From contig CALLAL010000010.1 in assembly GCA_938002255.1 (NCBI GenBank), positions 2,117 through 66,116 on the forward strand: DNA of 64,000 bases, written 5' to 3'. Below the pieces are notes generated by a model. The model was not told where the DNA came from and did no database searches. It saw nothing but the letters and a program-made list of their open reading frames with translations. Below, piece after piece: positions 47,324 through 56,454 of the stretch. Positions within the stretch are counted from its first letter, which is position 1; the number at the start of each line of letters is the position of its first letter. Both the position numbers and the translations under genes were made by a program. This stretch comes from an uncultured bacterium (GTDB lineage Bacteria; Desulfobacterota; BSN033; UBA1163).

Positions 47324-48184
47324 ATGGAGATTAGAACAATCGGAGTGATTGGGGCAGGGCAGATGGGCAGTGGTATAGCAGAGGTTACAATCCATTCGGG
47401 GTTTGAAACCCTGATGATGGATCTCAACCAGGAGACCATCGAGAAAGGCAAGGGGAGGATCCTCTCTGATTTAGAGAAGCGGGTTCAAAAGGGGAAGATG
47501 AGCGTTGAAGAGAAGGAGAAAGCCATCCAAAGGTTTTCGACTACCGTGGAACTTGGCGATTTCCGAGAATGTGATTTCGTGATTGAAGCAGCCACTGAGA
47601 ACCTGAACTTGAAACAGGAGATTTTCAAAAAGCTTGAAGGGGTGACCCGCCCTCAAACCATTCTCGCCAGTAACACCTCATCGATCTCGATCACAACAAT
47701 TGCCTCTGCCACACATGATCCTGATCGAGTCATTGGGATGCATTTTTTTAATCCTACGCCTGTGATGAAATTGATTGAAATCATCCGTGGTCTTCGGACC
47801 TCTGATGAGACGTTTCGACTCACAAAAGATTTAAGTTTAAGACTTGGAAAAACTCCGATCGAGGCGGCTGATTTTCCAGGCTTTGTTTCCAGTCGTTTAA
47901 TCTTTAGCTATATGAATGAAGCCATTTATGCCTTTTACGAAGGGATGGGCAAGGCTGAAGATATTGATACGATCATGAAGATGGGAGCCAACCACCCAAT
48001 GGGTCCATTAGAGCTCGCCGATTTTGTAGGACTCGATACCGTCCTCTCGGTGATGAAGATTCTTCAGGAGTCCTTTGGAGATAAGTACCGACCCTGTCCA
48101 CTTCTCCAGAAATATGTGGAGGCCGGCTATCTGGGGGTGAAAACCGGTAGAGGGTTTTATCTATATGAAGGAGGCAAAAAATGA
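47324..48184 (+). CDS. hbd: 3-hydroxybutyryl-CoA dehydrogenase
   Basis: 286 aa. IGVIGAGQMGSGIA Rossmann motif and the 3HCDH family C-domain. Confidence 0.85.
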   Translation: MEIRTIGVIGAGQMGSGIAEVTIHSGFETLMMDLNQETIEKGKGRILSDLEKRVQKGKMSVEEKEKAIQRFSTTVELGDFRECDFVIEAATENLNLKQEIFKKLEGVTRPQTILASNTSSISITTIASATHDPDRVIGMHFFNPTPVMKLIEIIRGLRTSDETFRLTKDLSLRLGKTPIEAADFPGFVSSRLIFSYMNEAIYAFYEGMGKAEDIDTIMKMGANHPMGPLELADFVGLDTVLSVMKILQESFGDKYRPCPLLQKYVEAGYLGVKTGRGFYLYEGGKK

Positions 48185-49329
48185 TCGGATTTGATCTAAC
48201 CGCAGAGCAGAAATGGCTTCAAGGAAAGGCAAGACAATTTGCCAAAGAGGTCATCCAACCCATTGCAGGTCAGCATGATCGAGATGGAACTTTTCCTCTC
48301 TCTGTAATGAAGCAAGCCCATCAGGAAGGATATCTCACCCCCCTTGTGCCTAAAGAATATGGAGGCCAAGGGTTAGGGGTCTTGGACACTTGCCTTATTG
48401 CAGAAGAGCTGGCCGCTGGCTGCATGGGAGTGTATGTCTCTATCTTCGTGAGTACACTAGCTCTCTATCCCATCATCAAATTCGGAACGAAAGAACAAAA
48501 GGAAAGATTTCTGAAACCATTTTGTTCAAAATTCAGTCTGGCCTCGTACTGCTTAAGTGAACTCACTGTCGGTTCAGATCCTGCGTCCATGAAAACAACA
48601 GCGATTCTGGAAGGAGACATTTATCTTCTTAACGGCACGAAAATGTGGATTACGAATGGAGGCTTTGCTGATCTCTATCTTGTCTTTGCAACCACCAATC
48701 CAAACAAAAAACATAAGGGAATAATCTGTCTCATCGTTCCTTCTCACCTGGAAGGGATTATCCATGGGGAACCCATCGAAAAGATGGGGCAGAGGGCATC
48801 CAATACGACCGCTGTAACGTTCCGTCAGGTCAACGTACCGAAAGAAAATCTGTTGGCTGGAGAGGGAGAAGGATTCAAAAAGGCAATGGCCGCACTGGAC
48901 ATCACCCGCCCGATGATTGCCATCGGTGCTGTGGGGGTGGCCAGAATGGCTATGGAATTAGCCACTCAATATGCAAAAAAACGAATTCAATTCGGAGTTC
49001 CAATCGCCCAGCACCAAGCGATACAATTTATGTTGGCAGACATGGCCATTGGTATTGAGGGGGCACGACTTCTGGCCTATAAAGCGGCTTGGCTCGCTGA
49101 TCGAGGGATGCGAAATTCAAAGGAAGCAGCAATGGCCAAAGCCTTCGCCTCTGACGTGGCCATGAAAGTTACCACCGATGCGGTTCAAATCTATGGGGGC
49201 ATGGGATATACAAAATGGCACCCTGTGGAAAAATTGATGAGAGATGCCAAAGTCATCCAAATTTACGAAGGAACGGTCCAAATTATGCGTATTATCATTG
49301 CAAGACGAATGCTTGAAGAATTGAATTAA
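48181..49329 (+). CDS. Acyl-CoA dehydrogenase (short-chain/butyryl-CoA type)
   Basis: 382 aa. ACAD family throughout, with C-terminal IYEGT.QI.R. 4-nt overlap with hbd. Confidence 0.85.
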   Translation: MIGFDLTAEQKWLQGKARQFAKEVIQPIAGQHDRDGTFPLSVMKQAHQEGYLTPLVPKEYGGQGLGVLDTCLIAEELAAGCMGVYVSIFVSTLALYPIIKFGTKEQKERFLKPFCSKFSLASYCLSELTVGSDPASMKTTAILEGDIYLLNGTKMWITNGGFADLYLVFATTNPNKKHKGIICLIVPSHLEGIIHGEPIEKMGQRASNTTAVTFRQVNVPKENLLAGEGEGFKKAMAALDITRPMIAIGAVGVARMAMELATQYAKKRIQFGVPIAQHQAIQFMLADMAIGIEGARLLAYKAAWLADRGMRNSKEAAMAKAFASDVAMKVTTDAVQIYGGMGYTKWHPVEKLMRDAKVIQIYEGTVQIMRIIIARRMLEELN

Positions 49330-49402
49330 AAAAAACAAACCATCCCCCCTTTTAGGGAAAATTTTATCTTTTTTCTCGCTTTCCTCATTCTTTCAGAGGC
49401 AA

Positions 49403-49537
49403 TTATCGCACCCACGGTGTAACACAGAAACCGCCACAACAGAGTCCATGCTCATAGGGTCCATACCAACAACAATCATACAGGGTTTTTTTCCGTTCCT
49501 TTTTCATTCCCTTGGAATGTCTTTGGTTTGATTTCAT
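49403..49537 (-). CDS. Unannotated 44-aa basic, Cys-rich small protein (candidate)
   Basis: Hand-translated as MKSNQRHSKGMKKERKKTLYDCCWYGPYEHGLCCGGFCVTPWVR. AGGAGGTG SD lies 7 nt upstream of ATG 49537, with a TAA stop at 49403-49405. Below the ORF-track length cut-off. Confidence 0.45.
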   Translation of the reverse strand: MKSNQRHSKGMKKERKKTLYDCCWYGPYEHGLCCGGFCVTPWVR

Positions 49538-49567
49538 CTGAAAACACCTCCTGTTAAAAATTTAATC

Positions 49568-50224
49568 ATGAAAGGGGAAATGACAAGGGGAAAGTGTTAT
49601 TGGGGTTCAAAATTTTTATTGCTTCTTGATCTCGAAATGTCTATTTTAATGGTAGAGGCAATTAAAGTGAATATCCATAAGTTGTCTCCAAAGGAAAAAA
49701 AAGGGTTGGTGGTTGTTATCACCGGGCACGGAAAAGGAAAAACGACGACAGCCTTAGGGTTGGCCGTGCGTGCCTGTGGTCACAACCTTAGAGTCTCCAT
49801 CATCCAATTCATGAAAGGGGATCTCTATTCCGGGGAGTGGGATGGGATAAAGAAAATGGGTTGTCAGATCGAATTAATCCCCACGGGTAAGGGATTCTGT
49901 GGAATTCAAGGAAATCCTTATCCATTTCGTGAGCATCGGGAGAATGCTCAGCAAGCGATCGCCCTCGCCCGGCAAAAGATGGTTTCGGGAGAGGTGGATC
50001 TTTTAATTCTTGATGAGATTCATAATGCTCTTCATCTTAAGTTGGTTGATCTGGAGCAGGTATTAGACCTCCTTAGGCAAAGACCACCGGAGATGCATCT
50101 GATCCTAACAGGAAGAGATGCCCCTCAGGAAGTGATTGAATGGGCAGATACGGTGAGCGAGATCAAAGAGATTAAGCATGCCTATCGAAAAGGAATCGAA
50201 CCCCAACCTGGCATCGATTATTGA
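49568..50224 (+). CDS. cobO: Cob(I)yrinic acid a,c-diamide / cob(I)alamin adenosyltransferase, CobO/BtuR type
   Basis: P-loop GHGKGKTTTALGLAVRA and DE..NAL motif. The true start is probably internal (GTG 49667 with GAGG SD, or ATG 49637), because the family normally begins just before the P-loop. Confidence 0.8.
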   Translation: MKGEMTRGKCYWGSKFLLLLDLEMSILMVEAIKVNIHKLSPKEKKGLVVVITGHGKGKTTTALGLAVRACGHNLRVSIIQFMKGDLYSGEWDGIKKMGCQIELIPTGKGFCGIQGNPYPFREHRENAQQAIALARQKMVSGEVDLLILDEIHNALHLKLVDLEQVLDLLRQRPPEMHLILTGRDAPQEVIEWADTVSEIKEIKHAYRKGIEPQPGIDY

Positions 50225-50247
50225 TAGGGGAGGGTTGTATTCAACCT

Positions 50248-52374
50248 ATGGGGATAATGACATTGCAACAGGTTAGCAAAAGGGATGGGACGTTCGTCCC
50301 CTTTGATCAGAAAAGGATTGAAGAGGCGATCTACAAAGCCGCTTTTGAGGTGCTTGGGATTGAGAAACAAGCACGAGCGATTGCTCATTCCGTGACCCAT
50401 CAGGTTGTTCAAAAGCTTCAGTCTACCGTCAAGGATCGAATCCCATCCGTTGAAACGATTCAAGATGTTGTCGAGGCCACCCTGATGGAGGAAGGATATT
50501 TCCAAATTGCTAAATCTTACATCCTTTACCGTGAAAAACATCATGAAATTCGCATGACCAAATCCGTGTTAGGTGTGATGGATGACCTGAAGTTGCCCAT
50601 TCATGCTATGGAGGTGCTTAAACGGAGATATCTTTTAAAAGATGATCAGAGAAATATCATCGAAACCCCAAAGGAGATGTTTCGAAGAGTCGCTTCTCAT
50701 GTAGCCCAGGGTGAGCTTTCTTTTGGAACGGAGAAAAACGCTCGGGAGGCAGAGGAGCATTTCTACCAGATGATGCGTCGCCTTGAATTCCTTCCAAACT
50801 CTCCCACGCTGATGAATGCAGGAACATCGTTTGGTCAACTCTCCGCCTGTTTCGTCATTCCCGTCGAGGATTCCATTGAAGGGATTTTCCAGGCATTGAG
50901 ACATATGGCGGTCATTCATCAAACAGGGGGAGGCACGGGGTTTAATTTCTCGCGACTTCGTCCCAGAGGAGATCTGGTCTCTTCGACCAAAGGAGAAGCT
51001 TCAGGGCCTGTTTCGTTTATGACCATCTTTGATATTGCTACGGGTGTGATTGTCCAGGGTGGAAGACGTCGGGGGGCCAATATGGGGGTTCTCCGATGTG
51101 ATCATCCGGACATCATGGACTTCATAAAGTCCAAACTACAGGGCGAACAATTCTCCAACTTTAACCTTTCTGTTGCTGCCACAGACCGTTTTATGGAGGC
51201 CGTGATTCAAAATCGCTCCTACGATCTGATCCATCCACGAACCGGGAGAAAAGGTCCTGCGATCAAGGCGCGGCCTATCTTTGATCTGATTGCTAATGCC
51301 GCCTGGTATACCGGAGATCCCGGATTGATCTTTATTGATGAGATTAACCGAAAGAATCCTACCCCGGAACTGGGAAAGATCGAAGCCGTTAACCCCTGCG
51401 GTGAACTTCCTCTGCTTCCCTATGAGAGCTGCAATCTGGCATCGATTAATCTGACCCAGATTGTTAAAGGAAAGGAAGTGGACTGGGGAAAATTACGGGA
51501 GGCCATTATCTGGGGAGTGAGATTCCTTGATGACGTGATCGAAGTTAATCGTTTTCCCCTTCCAGAAATTAAAGAGATGACTTTAGGGAATCGTAAAATT
51601 GGGCTCGGTCTGATGGGGTTTGCTGATCTTCTGATTCTTCTCGGCATCCCTTATGGATCTCAGGAATCAATCTCCTTTGCCAGGAACCTGATGCGGTTTT
51701 TCCATCAGCAATCCCTTCTGGCTTCCCAGGCTCTGGCCAATGAACGAGGTCCATTTCCAAATTATGAGAAGTCTATCTATGCCAAGAAAGGATTCCTTTT
51801 AAGAAATGCCACGGTCAATACAATCGCTCCCACCGGCACCATCAGCATCATCGCCGGCTGCTCAAGCGGAATCGAACCTCTCTTCGCCATTGGTTTCGTT
51901 CGAAATGTTTTATCAGGAACAAAATTATATGAACTTCACCCCTTGTTTGAAAGGGTAGCCCAAAAGAGAGGGTTTTACAGCAAATCACTGGAAACAGAAA
52001 TCTTGCAATCGGGTTCTATCCAGGGAATTCGGCATATTCCCGAGGAAATCAAGAAACTCTTTGTCACTGCCTTCGATCTTTCTCCCCAACAGCATGTAGC
52101 GATTCAGGCCGCCTTCCAACGCTATACAGACAATTCCGTATCAAAAACAATTAATTTACCCTCACGGTCAACCGTTGAGGAGATTCGAGAGATCTTTCTT
52201 CAAGCCTATCGAAAAAAGACCAAAGGGATTACGGTTTACCGTTATGACAGCAAAAAAGACCAGGTTCTTTCCTTTGGAGAGATGAGAGGCCAGGAAGGAA
52301 AAGGCAACGGAACCCTTCTAACTGTTGATTCAGAGTATTCAGGGGGTTGTCCGGTCGGGATCTGTTCTTTTTAA
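50248..52374 (+). CDS. nrdJ: Adenosylcobalamin-dependent (class II) ribonucleotide reductase with N-terminal ATP-cone
   Basis: About 708 aa. ATP-cone (KRDGTFVPFDQKRIEEAI), the NPCGE catalytic-Cys loop motif and a C-terminal Cys pair region. The start is uncertain: TTG 50221, ATG 50248 or ATG 50257. Confidence 0.85.
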   Translation: MGIMTLQQVSKRDGTFVPFDQKRIEEAIYKAAFEVLGIEKQARAIAHSVTHQVVQKLQSTVKDRIPSVETIQDVVEATLMEEGYFQIAKSYILYREKHHEIRMTKSVLGVMDDLKLPIHAMEVLKRRYLLKDDQRNIIETPKEMFRRVASHVAQGELSFGTEKNAREAEEHFYQMMRRLEFLPNSPTLMNAGTSFGQLSACFVIPVEDSIEGIFQALRHMAVIHQTGGGTGFNFSRLRPRGDLVSSTKGEASGPVSFMTIFDIATGVIVQGGRRRGANMGVLRCDHPDIMDFIKSKLQGEQFSNFNLSVAATDRFMEAVIQNRSYDLIHPRTGRKGPAIKARPIFDLIANAAWYTGDPGLIFIDEINRKNPTPELGKIEAVNPCGELPLLPYESCNLASINLTQIVKGKEVDWGKLREAIIWGVRFLDDVIEVNRFPLPEIKEMTLGNRKIGLGLMGFADLLILLGIPYGSQESISFARNLMRFFHQQSLLASQALANERGPFPNYEKSIYAKKGFLLRNATVNTIAPTGTISIIAGCSSGIEPLFAIGFVRNVLSGTKLYELHPLFERVAQKRGFYSKSLETEILQSGSIQGIRHIPEEIKKLFVTAFDLSPQQHVAIQAAFQRYTDNSVSKTINLPSRSTVEEIREIFLQAYRKKTKGITVYRYDSKKDQVLSFGEMRGQEGKGNGTLLTVDSEYSGGCPVGICSF

Positions 52375-52390
52375 GATAACCCCGAATCAA

Positions 52391-52420
52391 AAACCCTTCT
52401 AACACAGGTTAGAAGGGTTT
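52391..52420. terminator. Bidirectional terminator hairpin between nrdJ and hsp20
   Basis: Perfect 13-bp stem AAACCCTTCTAAC-ACAG-GTTAGAAGGGTTT. Confidence 0.7.
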
Positions 52421-52441
52421 GAAGTTCATCGCCTGCATTCG

Positions 52442-52741
52442 CTATTGAACGGGAATGCTGACTTTATGCTCCCAGTCTTTTAGGGGAGCGAAAATCCTGA
52501 GCAGGCCATTCTCGTATTTGGCTTCGGTCTTTTCAGGGTGTATTTCATGGGCCAGCATATAGCATCCAGAATATTCAGCCTCCTCTCCTCTGGAGGCTGA
52601 GACGCAGAAACTATCTTTTCTCATATCCAAGGAGATATCGTGTTTGTTCACTCCTGGAAGTTCCAATTCAATTTTTAGACGACCGTCTTTGTCGTCGTGA
52701 GAAAAGCAGGCGCATGGTGTATAGCGTGTCCGGTTGTTCAT
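52442..52741 (-). CDS. Hsp20/alpha-crystallin family small heat-shock protein (short form)
   Basis: 99 aa with an alpha-crystallin domain ending in ENGLLRIFAP. Confidence 0.75.
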   Translation of the reverse strand: MNNRTRYTPCACFSHDDKDGRLKIELELPGVNKHDISLDMRKDSFCVSASRGEEAEYSGCYMLAHEIHPEKTEAKYENGLLRIFAPLKDWEHKVSIPVQ

Positions 52742-52766
52742 ACAAACACCCCCTTTCTCTAATTAA

Positions 52767-52795
52767 AATATAAAACCAGTCGCTCGTGAATTCAA
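52767..52795 (-). promoter_or_regulatory. Sigma70-type promoter of hsp20
   Basis: Minus strand TTGAAT, 17 nt spacer, TATATT. Confidence 0.45.
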
Positions 52796-52852
52796 GATGA
52801 ATCCAGGGTTGTTTTGTGCTATAAAGAATTGTTAAGACAGCAGAGGCATCGG

Positions 52853-54106
52853 ATGGGAAAGACATTGGCTGAAAAGATTTTGGGGGCGCATGTGGGCAGG
52901 GAGGTTAAGCCTGGCGAGATCGTTGTTGTGAAGACAGATCTGGTTTATGCTCAGGATGGGACCGGTCCTCTGGCAGCGAGGAGAGTCCAGGAGATGGGGT
53001 TTGAAAAGGTGTTCAACCCATCCAAGACGATCTTCTTTCTGGACCATGCGGCTCCCAGCCCGAGATTTGAGTTGAGCAATGATCATAATTTTTTAAGGGG
53101 ATTTGCAGAGAAAACAGGATGTCGTATTTCGGAAGTGGGCAATGGGATTTCCCATCAGGTCGTTGCCGAAAATGATGTCAGGCCCGGCGATGTGGTCATT
53201 GGGGCGGATTCCCACACCTGTACCGGAGGGGCTCTGGGAGCATTTGCCACTGGAGTTGGTTCTACAGATGCAGCGGTTGCCATGGCTATCGGGAAGATCT
53301 GGTTAAGAGTGCCTGAAACATTACAGGTGGTTGTTACGGGAAAACTTCCGACGGGTGTCTTTGGAAAAGATATCATCCTCCACTTGATTGGTAAAATCGG
53401 GGCTTCAGGGGCAACCTACAAAGCTCTGGAATTTGTTGGAGACACGATCGAACATCTCGATATGGCAGGAAGGATGACCATTGCCAATATGGCTGTGGAG
53501 GCTGGAGCAAAAGTAGGACTTTTTCCCTCTGATGCAATCACCAGAAAATGGCTGAATCAGATGGGACGGCTTGGCGATTTTAAACCATTGGCCTCAGACT
53601 CCGATGCCCTCTATGAGAAAACGATTGAGATCAATGCTGAAACCCTCAACCCCACCATTGCCTGTCCTCATCAGGTGGACAACACAAGAACCATTGAGGA
53701 GATAGGAGAGGTAAGAGTGGATCAGGTCTATCTCGGTACCTCCTGCAATGGAAGACTGGAGGATCTCCAGATTGCAGCAAAGATATTAAAGGGGAAAAAG
53801 GTTCATCCCAGGACGCGAATGATAGTTACTCCGGGTTCCCGATCGGTCTATCTCGAAGCGCTCAAGGATGGAACCATGCAGGTGCTCATAGAAGCAGGAG
53901 CCATGGCTCTGCCGGCTGGCTGTGGTGCCTGCGTTGGTCTTCATGAAGGCGTTTTAGGAGATGGCGAAGTCTGTCTGGCCACTCAACCGAGAAATTTCCA
54001 AGGAAGGATGGGCAGTCCCAATTCGTTCATTTATTTAGGCTCTCCAGCCGTAGCCGCTGCCACAGCCATCGAAGGAAAGATCGCTGACCCGAGGAAGTAT
54101 CTCTGA
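52853..54106 (+). CDS. Aconitase-family dehydratase large subunit (3-isopropylmalate dehydratase / homoaconitase type, short archaeal-like form)
   Basis: About 417 aa from ATG 52853 (MGKTLAEKILG). Fe-S cysteines in GADSHTCT and CGAC contexts. Confidence 0.8.
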   Translation: MGKTLAEKILGAHVGREVKPGEIVVVKTDLVYAQDGTGPLAARRVQEMGFEKVFNPSKTIFFLDHAAPSPRFELSNDHNFLRGFAEKTGCRISEVGNGISHQVVAENDVRPGDVVIGADSHTCTGGALGAFATGVGSTDAAVAMAIGKIWLRVPETLQVVVTGKLPTGVFGKDIILHLIGKIGASGATYKALEFVGDTIEHLDMAGRMTIANMAVEAGAKVGLFPSDAITRKWLNQMGRLGDFKPLASDSDALYEKTIEINAETLNPTIACPHQVDNTRTIEEIGEVRVDQVYLGTSCNGRLEDLQIAAKILKGKKVHPRTRMIVTPGSRSVYLEALKDGTMQVLIEAGAMALPAGCGACVGLHEGVLGDGEVCLATQPRNFQGRMGSPNSFIYLGSPAVAAATAIEGKIADPRKYL

Positions 54107-54117
54107 GGGGAGGGTTC

Positions 54118-54615
54118 ATGAAAGGCAGGGTTTGGAAATTCGGGGATGCCATCAGCACCGATCACATCATTCCGGGCCGGTATTTTTATCTGCGCTCAAA
54201 TCTTCCTGAGCTCGCAAAGCATATCTTCGAATATGAGAGGCCTGGATTTTCAGAAAGAGTGACTCCGGGAGATGTCATCGTGGCCGGCCAAAACTTTGGT
54301 CAAGGGTCCAGTCGGGAACACGCAGCGATCGTGATCAAGATGAATGGAATTCAGGCCGTGATTGCCAAAAGTTTTGCAAGAATCTTTTACCGAAATTGCT
54401 TTAATAATGGTCTCCCTGCTGTGATCTGCGATACGGAACGTTTCCGGGAGGGCGATGAGATTGAACTCTTTCTGGATGAGGGAAAGATCATCCATTACCC
54501 ACGGAGTGAGACCATTTCATTCGTTTCTATTCCACCGGTGATGAAGCGAATCCTTGAGGATGGTGGGTTAGTAGAACATGTCAAGAAATATAAGGATCTT
54601 CGGCTCGACTTTTGA
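54118..54615 (+). CDS. Aconitase-family dehydratase small subunit (LeuD/HacB type)
   Basis: 165 aa. Swivel-domain GQNFGQGSSREHA and substrate loop GRYFYLRS. Confidence 0.8.
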   Translation: MKGRVWKFGDAISTDHIIPGRYFYLRSNLPELAKHIFEYERPGFSERVTPGDVIVAGQNFGQGSSREHAAIVIKMNGIQAVIAKSFARIFYRNCFNNGLPAVICDTERFREGDEIELFLDEGKIIHYPRSETISFVSIPPVMKRILEDGGLVEHVKKYKDLRLDF

Positions 54616-54640
54616 GGACAGAAGAGAAAAGGGGGAAAAC

Positions 54641-55042
54641 ATGGAGTGGCTAAAGGCATTCGGGAGTTTGCTCGGTAGGGTTCTCCTCGTTCTTATCTTT
54701 CTCAATTCGGGGATCAGTAAGATTGGGAATTTTGAAGGAACAACACAGTACATGGCAAAATTCGGGATGCCTTACACCAGTTTTTTCCTCTTTGGAGCCA
54801 TCGTTTTTGAACTGGTTGGAAGCGTGAGCATCATCTTAGGCTATTTTACAAGGTTTGGAGCGCTTCTCATCCTCCTTTTCCTCATTCCAACAACACTCAT
54901 CTTCCATACGAATTTTAGCGATCGAATCCAGATGATCATGTTTATGAAGAACGTGAGCATGTTCGGGGGATGTCTTCTTCTTTTTGCATCAGGTCCAGGG
55001 AGGTTGAGTTTGGACTATTTTCTCCGGAAAATACGGGGTTAA
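54641..55042 (+). CDS. DoxX-family membrane protein
   Basis: About 133 aa from ATG 54641 (AAGGGGGA SD). 4 TM and the DoxX pattern RVLLVLIFLNSGISK. Confidence 0.7.
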   Translation: MEWLKAFGSLLGRVLLVLIFLNSGISKIGNFEGTTQYMAKFGMPYTSFFLFGAIVFELVGSVSIILGYFTRFGALLILLFLIPTTLIFHTNFSDRIQMIMFMKNVSMFGGCLLLFASGPGRLSLDYFLRKIRG

Positions 55043-55043
55043 C

Positions 55044-56069
55044 ATGGGATTGAGTGGGTGGGGAATCTGGTGGAAAGCTTTCCGATATCACTATGCCTCA
55101 GCCAGTTTTATGCCAGGTATTCTGGGTGGCCTGATCGCCTGGGTCCATGAAAATCAATTTTATCCAGGCTACTTCCTCTTGGTCCTGCTGGGACTCCTTC
55201 TGAACCATCTGGCTCTTAATATGACAGATGACTATTACGACTTCCGACATCTGGTGGATGTCCTGGACTCCCATGGGAATCCTTATTCGGGTGGAAGCGG
55301 TACTCTCTCAAAGGGGTTGATCAGACCCGATCAGATGAAGAAGGTTTTTTCAATTTTCTACATCGTTGCGATTGGAATTGGAATTCTCCTGGGGATGTTG
55401 AGAGGTTCCTTTGTCCTCTTTTTGTTAGCCTTTGGCTTTTTCTGTGCTTTTTTTTATGCCGCTCCTCCTGTCCGGTTTGGCTACAGGGGGCTTGGCGAAA
55501 TTGCCCAGCTTCTCTGTTTTGGTCCTGGAATCGGTCTCGGAGCTTATTATGTCCAGGCACAGAAACTTTCCTGGGAAGCGTTCTGGGGGACCCTCTCCTT
55601 TGGGATCATGCTCTTCTCGATGATTACCATCAATGAAATTCCAGATTACCTTGAGGACCGGAAAGCCGGAAAACTGAATCTGGTTGCCCGATTCGGAAGG
55701 GAGGCAGGAATAAAACTTTTTATTTTGAGCCTTTTCGCAGCTTATGGAGTCATCCTGGGGGGAATCCTTATCGGGAAAATTCCAACTATTGGACTCATTT
55801 CCATGTCAACCCTTCCCATTGCCTTTAAGACCGTCTCCATCTTAAGATCCTGCTATCAGGACCCTACTAAGATGGCGCCTGCCAATCTCGGAATGATTTG
55901 TGTTCATAACTTTACCGCCATCCTCTTGATCCTCGCTTACACCATCAGCGGGTTCAGGCAGGAGGCCCTTGTGGCCTCTCTGCTTCCTCTCTTGACCTTA
56001 ATTTTCCTTTATGCTCCTGTTACCGTGTTGATTGGGAAAGCTGTTATCCGATCCACCCAAAAGGGGTGA
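55044..56069 (+). CDS. UbiA-superfamily aromatic prenyltransferase (MenA-like)
   Basis: 341 aa polytopic protein with the Asp-rich motif NHLALNMTDDYYDFRH. Confidence 0.7.
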   Translation: MGLSGWGIWWKAFRYHYASASFMPGILGGLIAWVHENQFYPGYFLLVLLGLLLNHLALNMTDDYYDFRHLVDVLDSHGNPYSGGSGTLSKGLIRPDQMKKVFSIFYIVAIGIGILLGMLRGSFVLFLLAFGFFCAFFYAAPPVRFGYRGLGEIAQLLCFGPGIGLGAYYVQAQKLSWEAFWGTLSFGIMLFSMITINEIPDYLEDRKAGKLNLVARFGREAGIKLFILSLFAAYGVILGGILIGKIPTIGLISMSTLPIAFKTVSILRSCYQDPTKMAPANLGMICVHNFTAILLILAYTISGFRQEALVASLLPLLTLIFLYAPVTVLIGKAVIRSTQKG

Positions 56070-56134
56070 GCGATGATATTGAAGCGTGAGTCAGGGCTCT
56101 GGACCTGATCATTTTAACGAAAGGAGAAGATTTA

Positions 56135-56407
56135 ATGACGAAAGAAGAATTTTATCTCTTAGCATTTACCGGAGCGGAGTGTCCTCATTGCCATCACATG
56201 GAGCCTCTCTTAGAGAGGCTGGAGGATGAAGAAGGCGTGAAGGTGGCAAGGCTTGAGGTCTGGCATAATGAAGCTAACGCCCGATTAATGAGAGAGTATG
56301 ACAGGGGTTTTTGTGGCGGGGTTCCGTTCTTCTACAATAAGAAGACCGGAAAATGGATCTGCGGATCAGCAGATTATGAAAAACTGAAGAAGTGGGCTAC
56401 CGAATAA
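56135..56407 (+). CDS. Small thioredoxin/glutaredoxin-like protein (CPHC)
   Basis: 90 aa with a CPHC active site near the N-terminus and GGVPFF. Confidence 0.65.
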   Translation: MTKEEFYLLAFTGAECPHCHHMEPLLERLEDEEGVKVARLEVWHNEANARLMREYDRGFCGGVPFFYNKKTGKWICGSADYEKLKKWATE

Positions 56408-56412
56408 AAAAC

Positions 56413-56440
56413 CGCTAAGCGCTTAGCGCTATGCGCATAG
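56413..56440. promoter_or_regulatory. Two abutting perfect palindromes upstream of the 2-oxoacid dehydrogenase operon
   Basis: CGCTAAGCGCTTAGCG (56413-56428) is followed immediately by CTATGCGCATAG (56429-56440). Confidence 0.35.
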
Positions 56441-56454
56441 CTATGGAGAAATCT

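Noticed and set aside
49330-49567. Looked for a cobalamin riboswitch on the + strand upstream of cobO-nrdJ (GGTG...CCGCCAC-like fragments at about 49416-49437).
   Set aside because: Only short partial resemblance. The B12 box and the conserved core helices are not present, and the stretch is better explained by the minus-strand micro-ORF.
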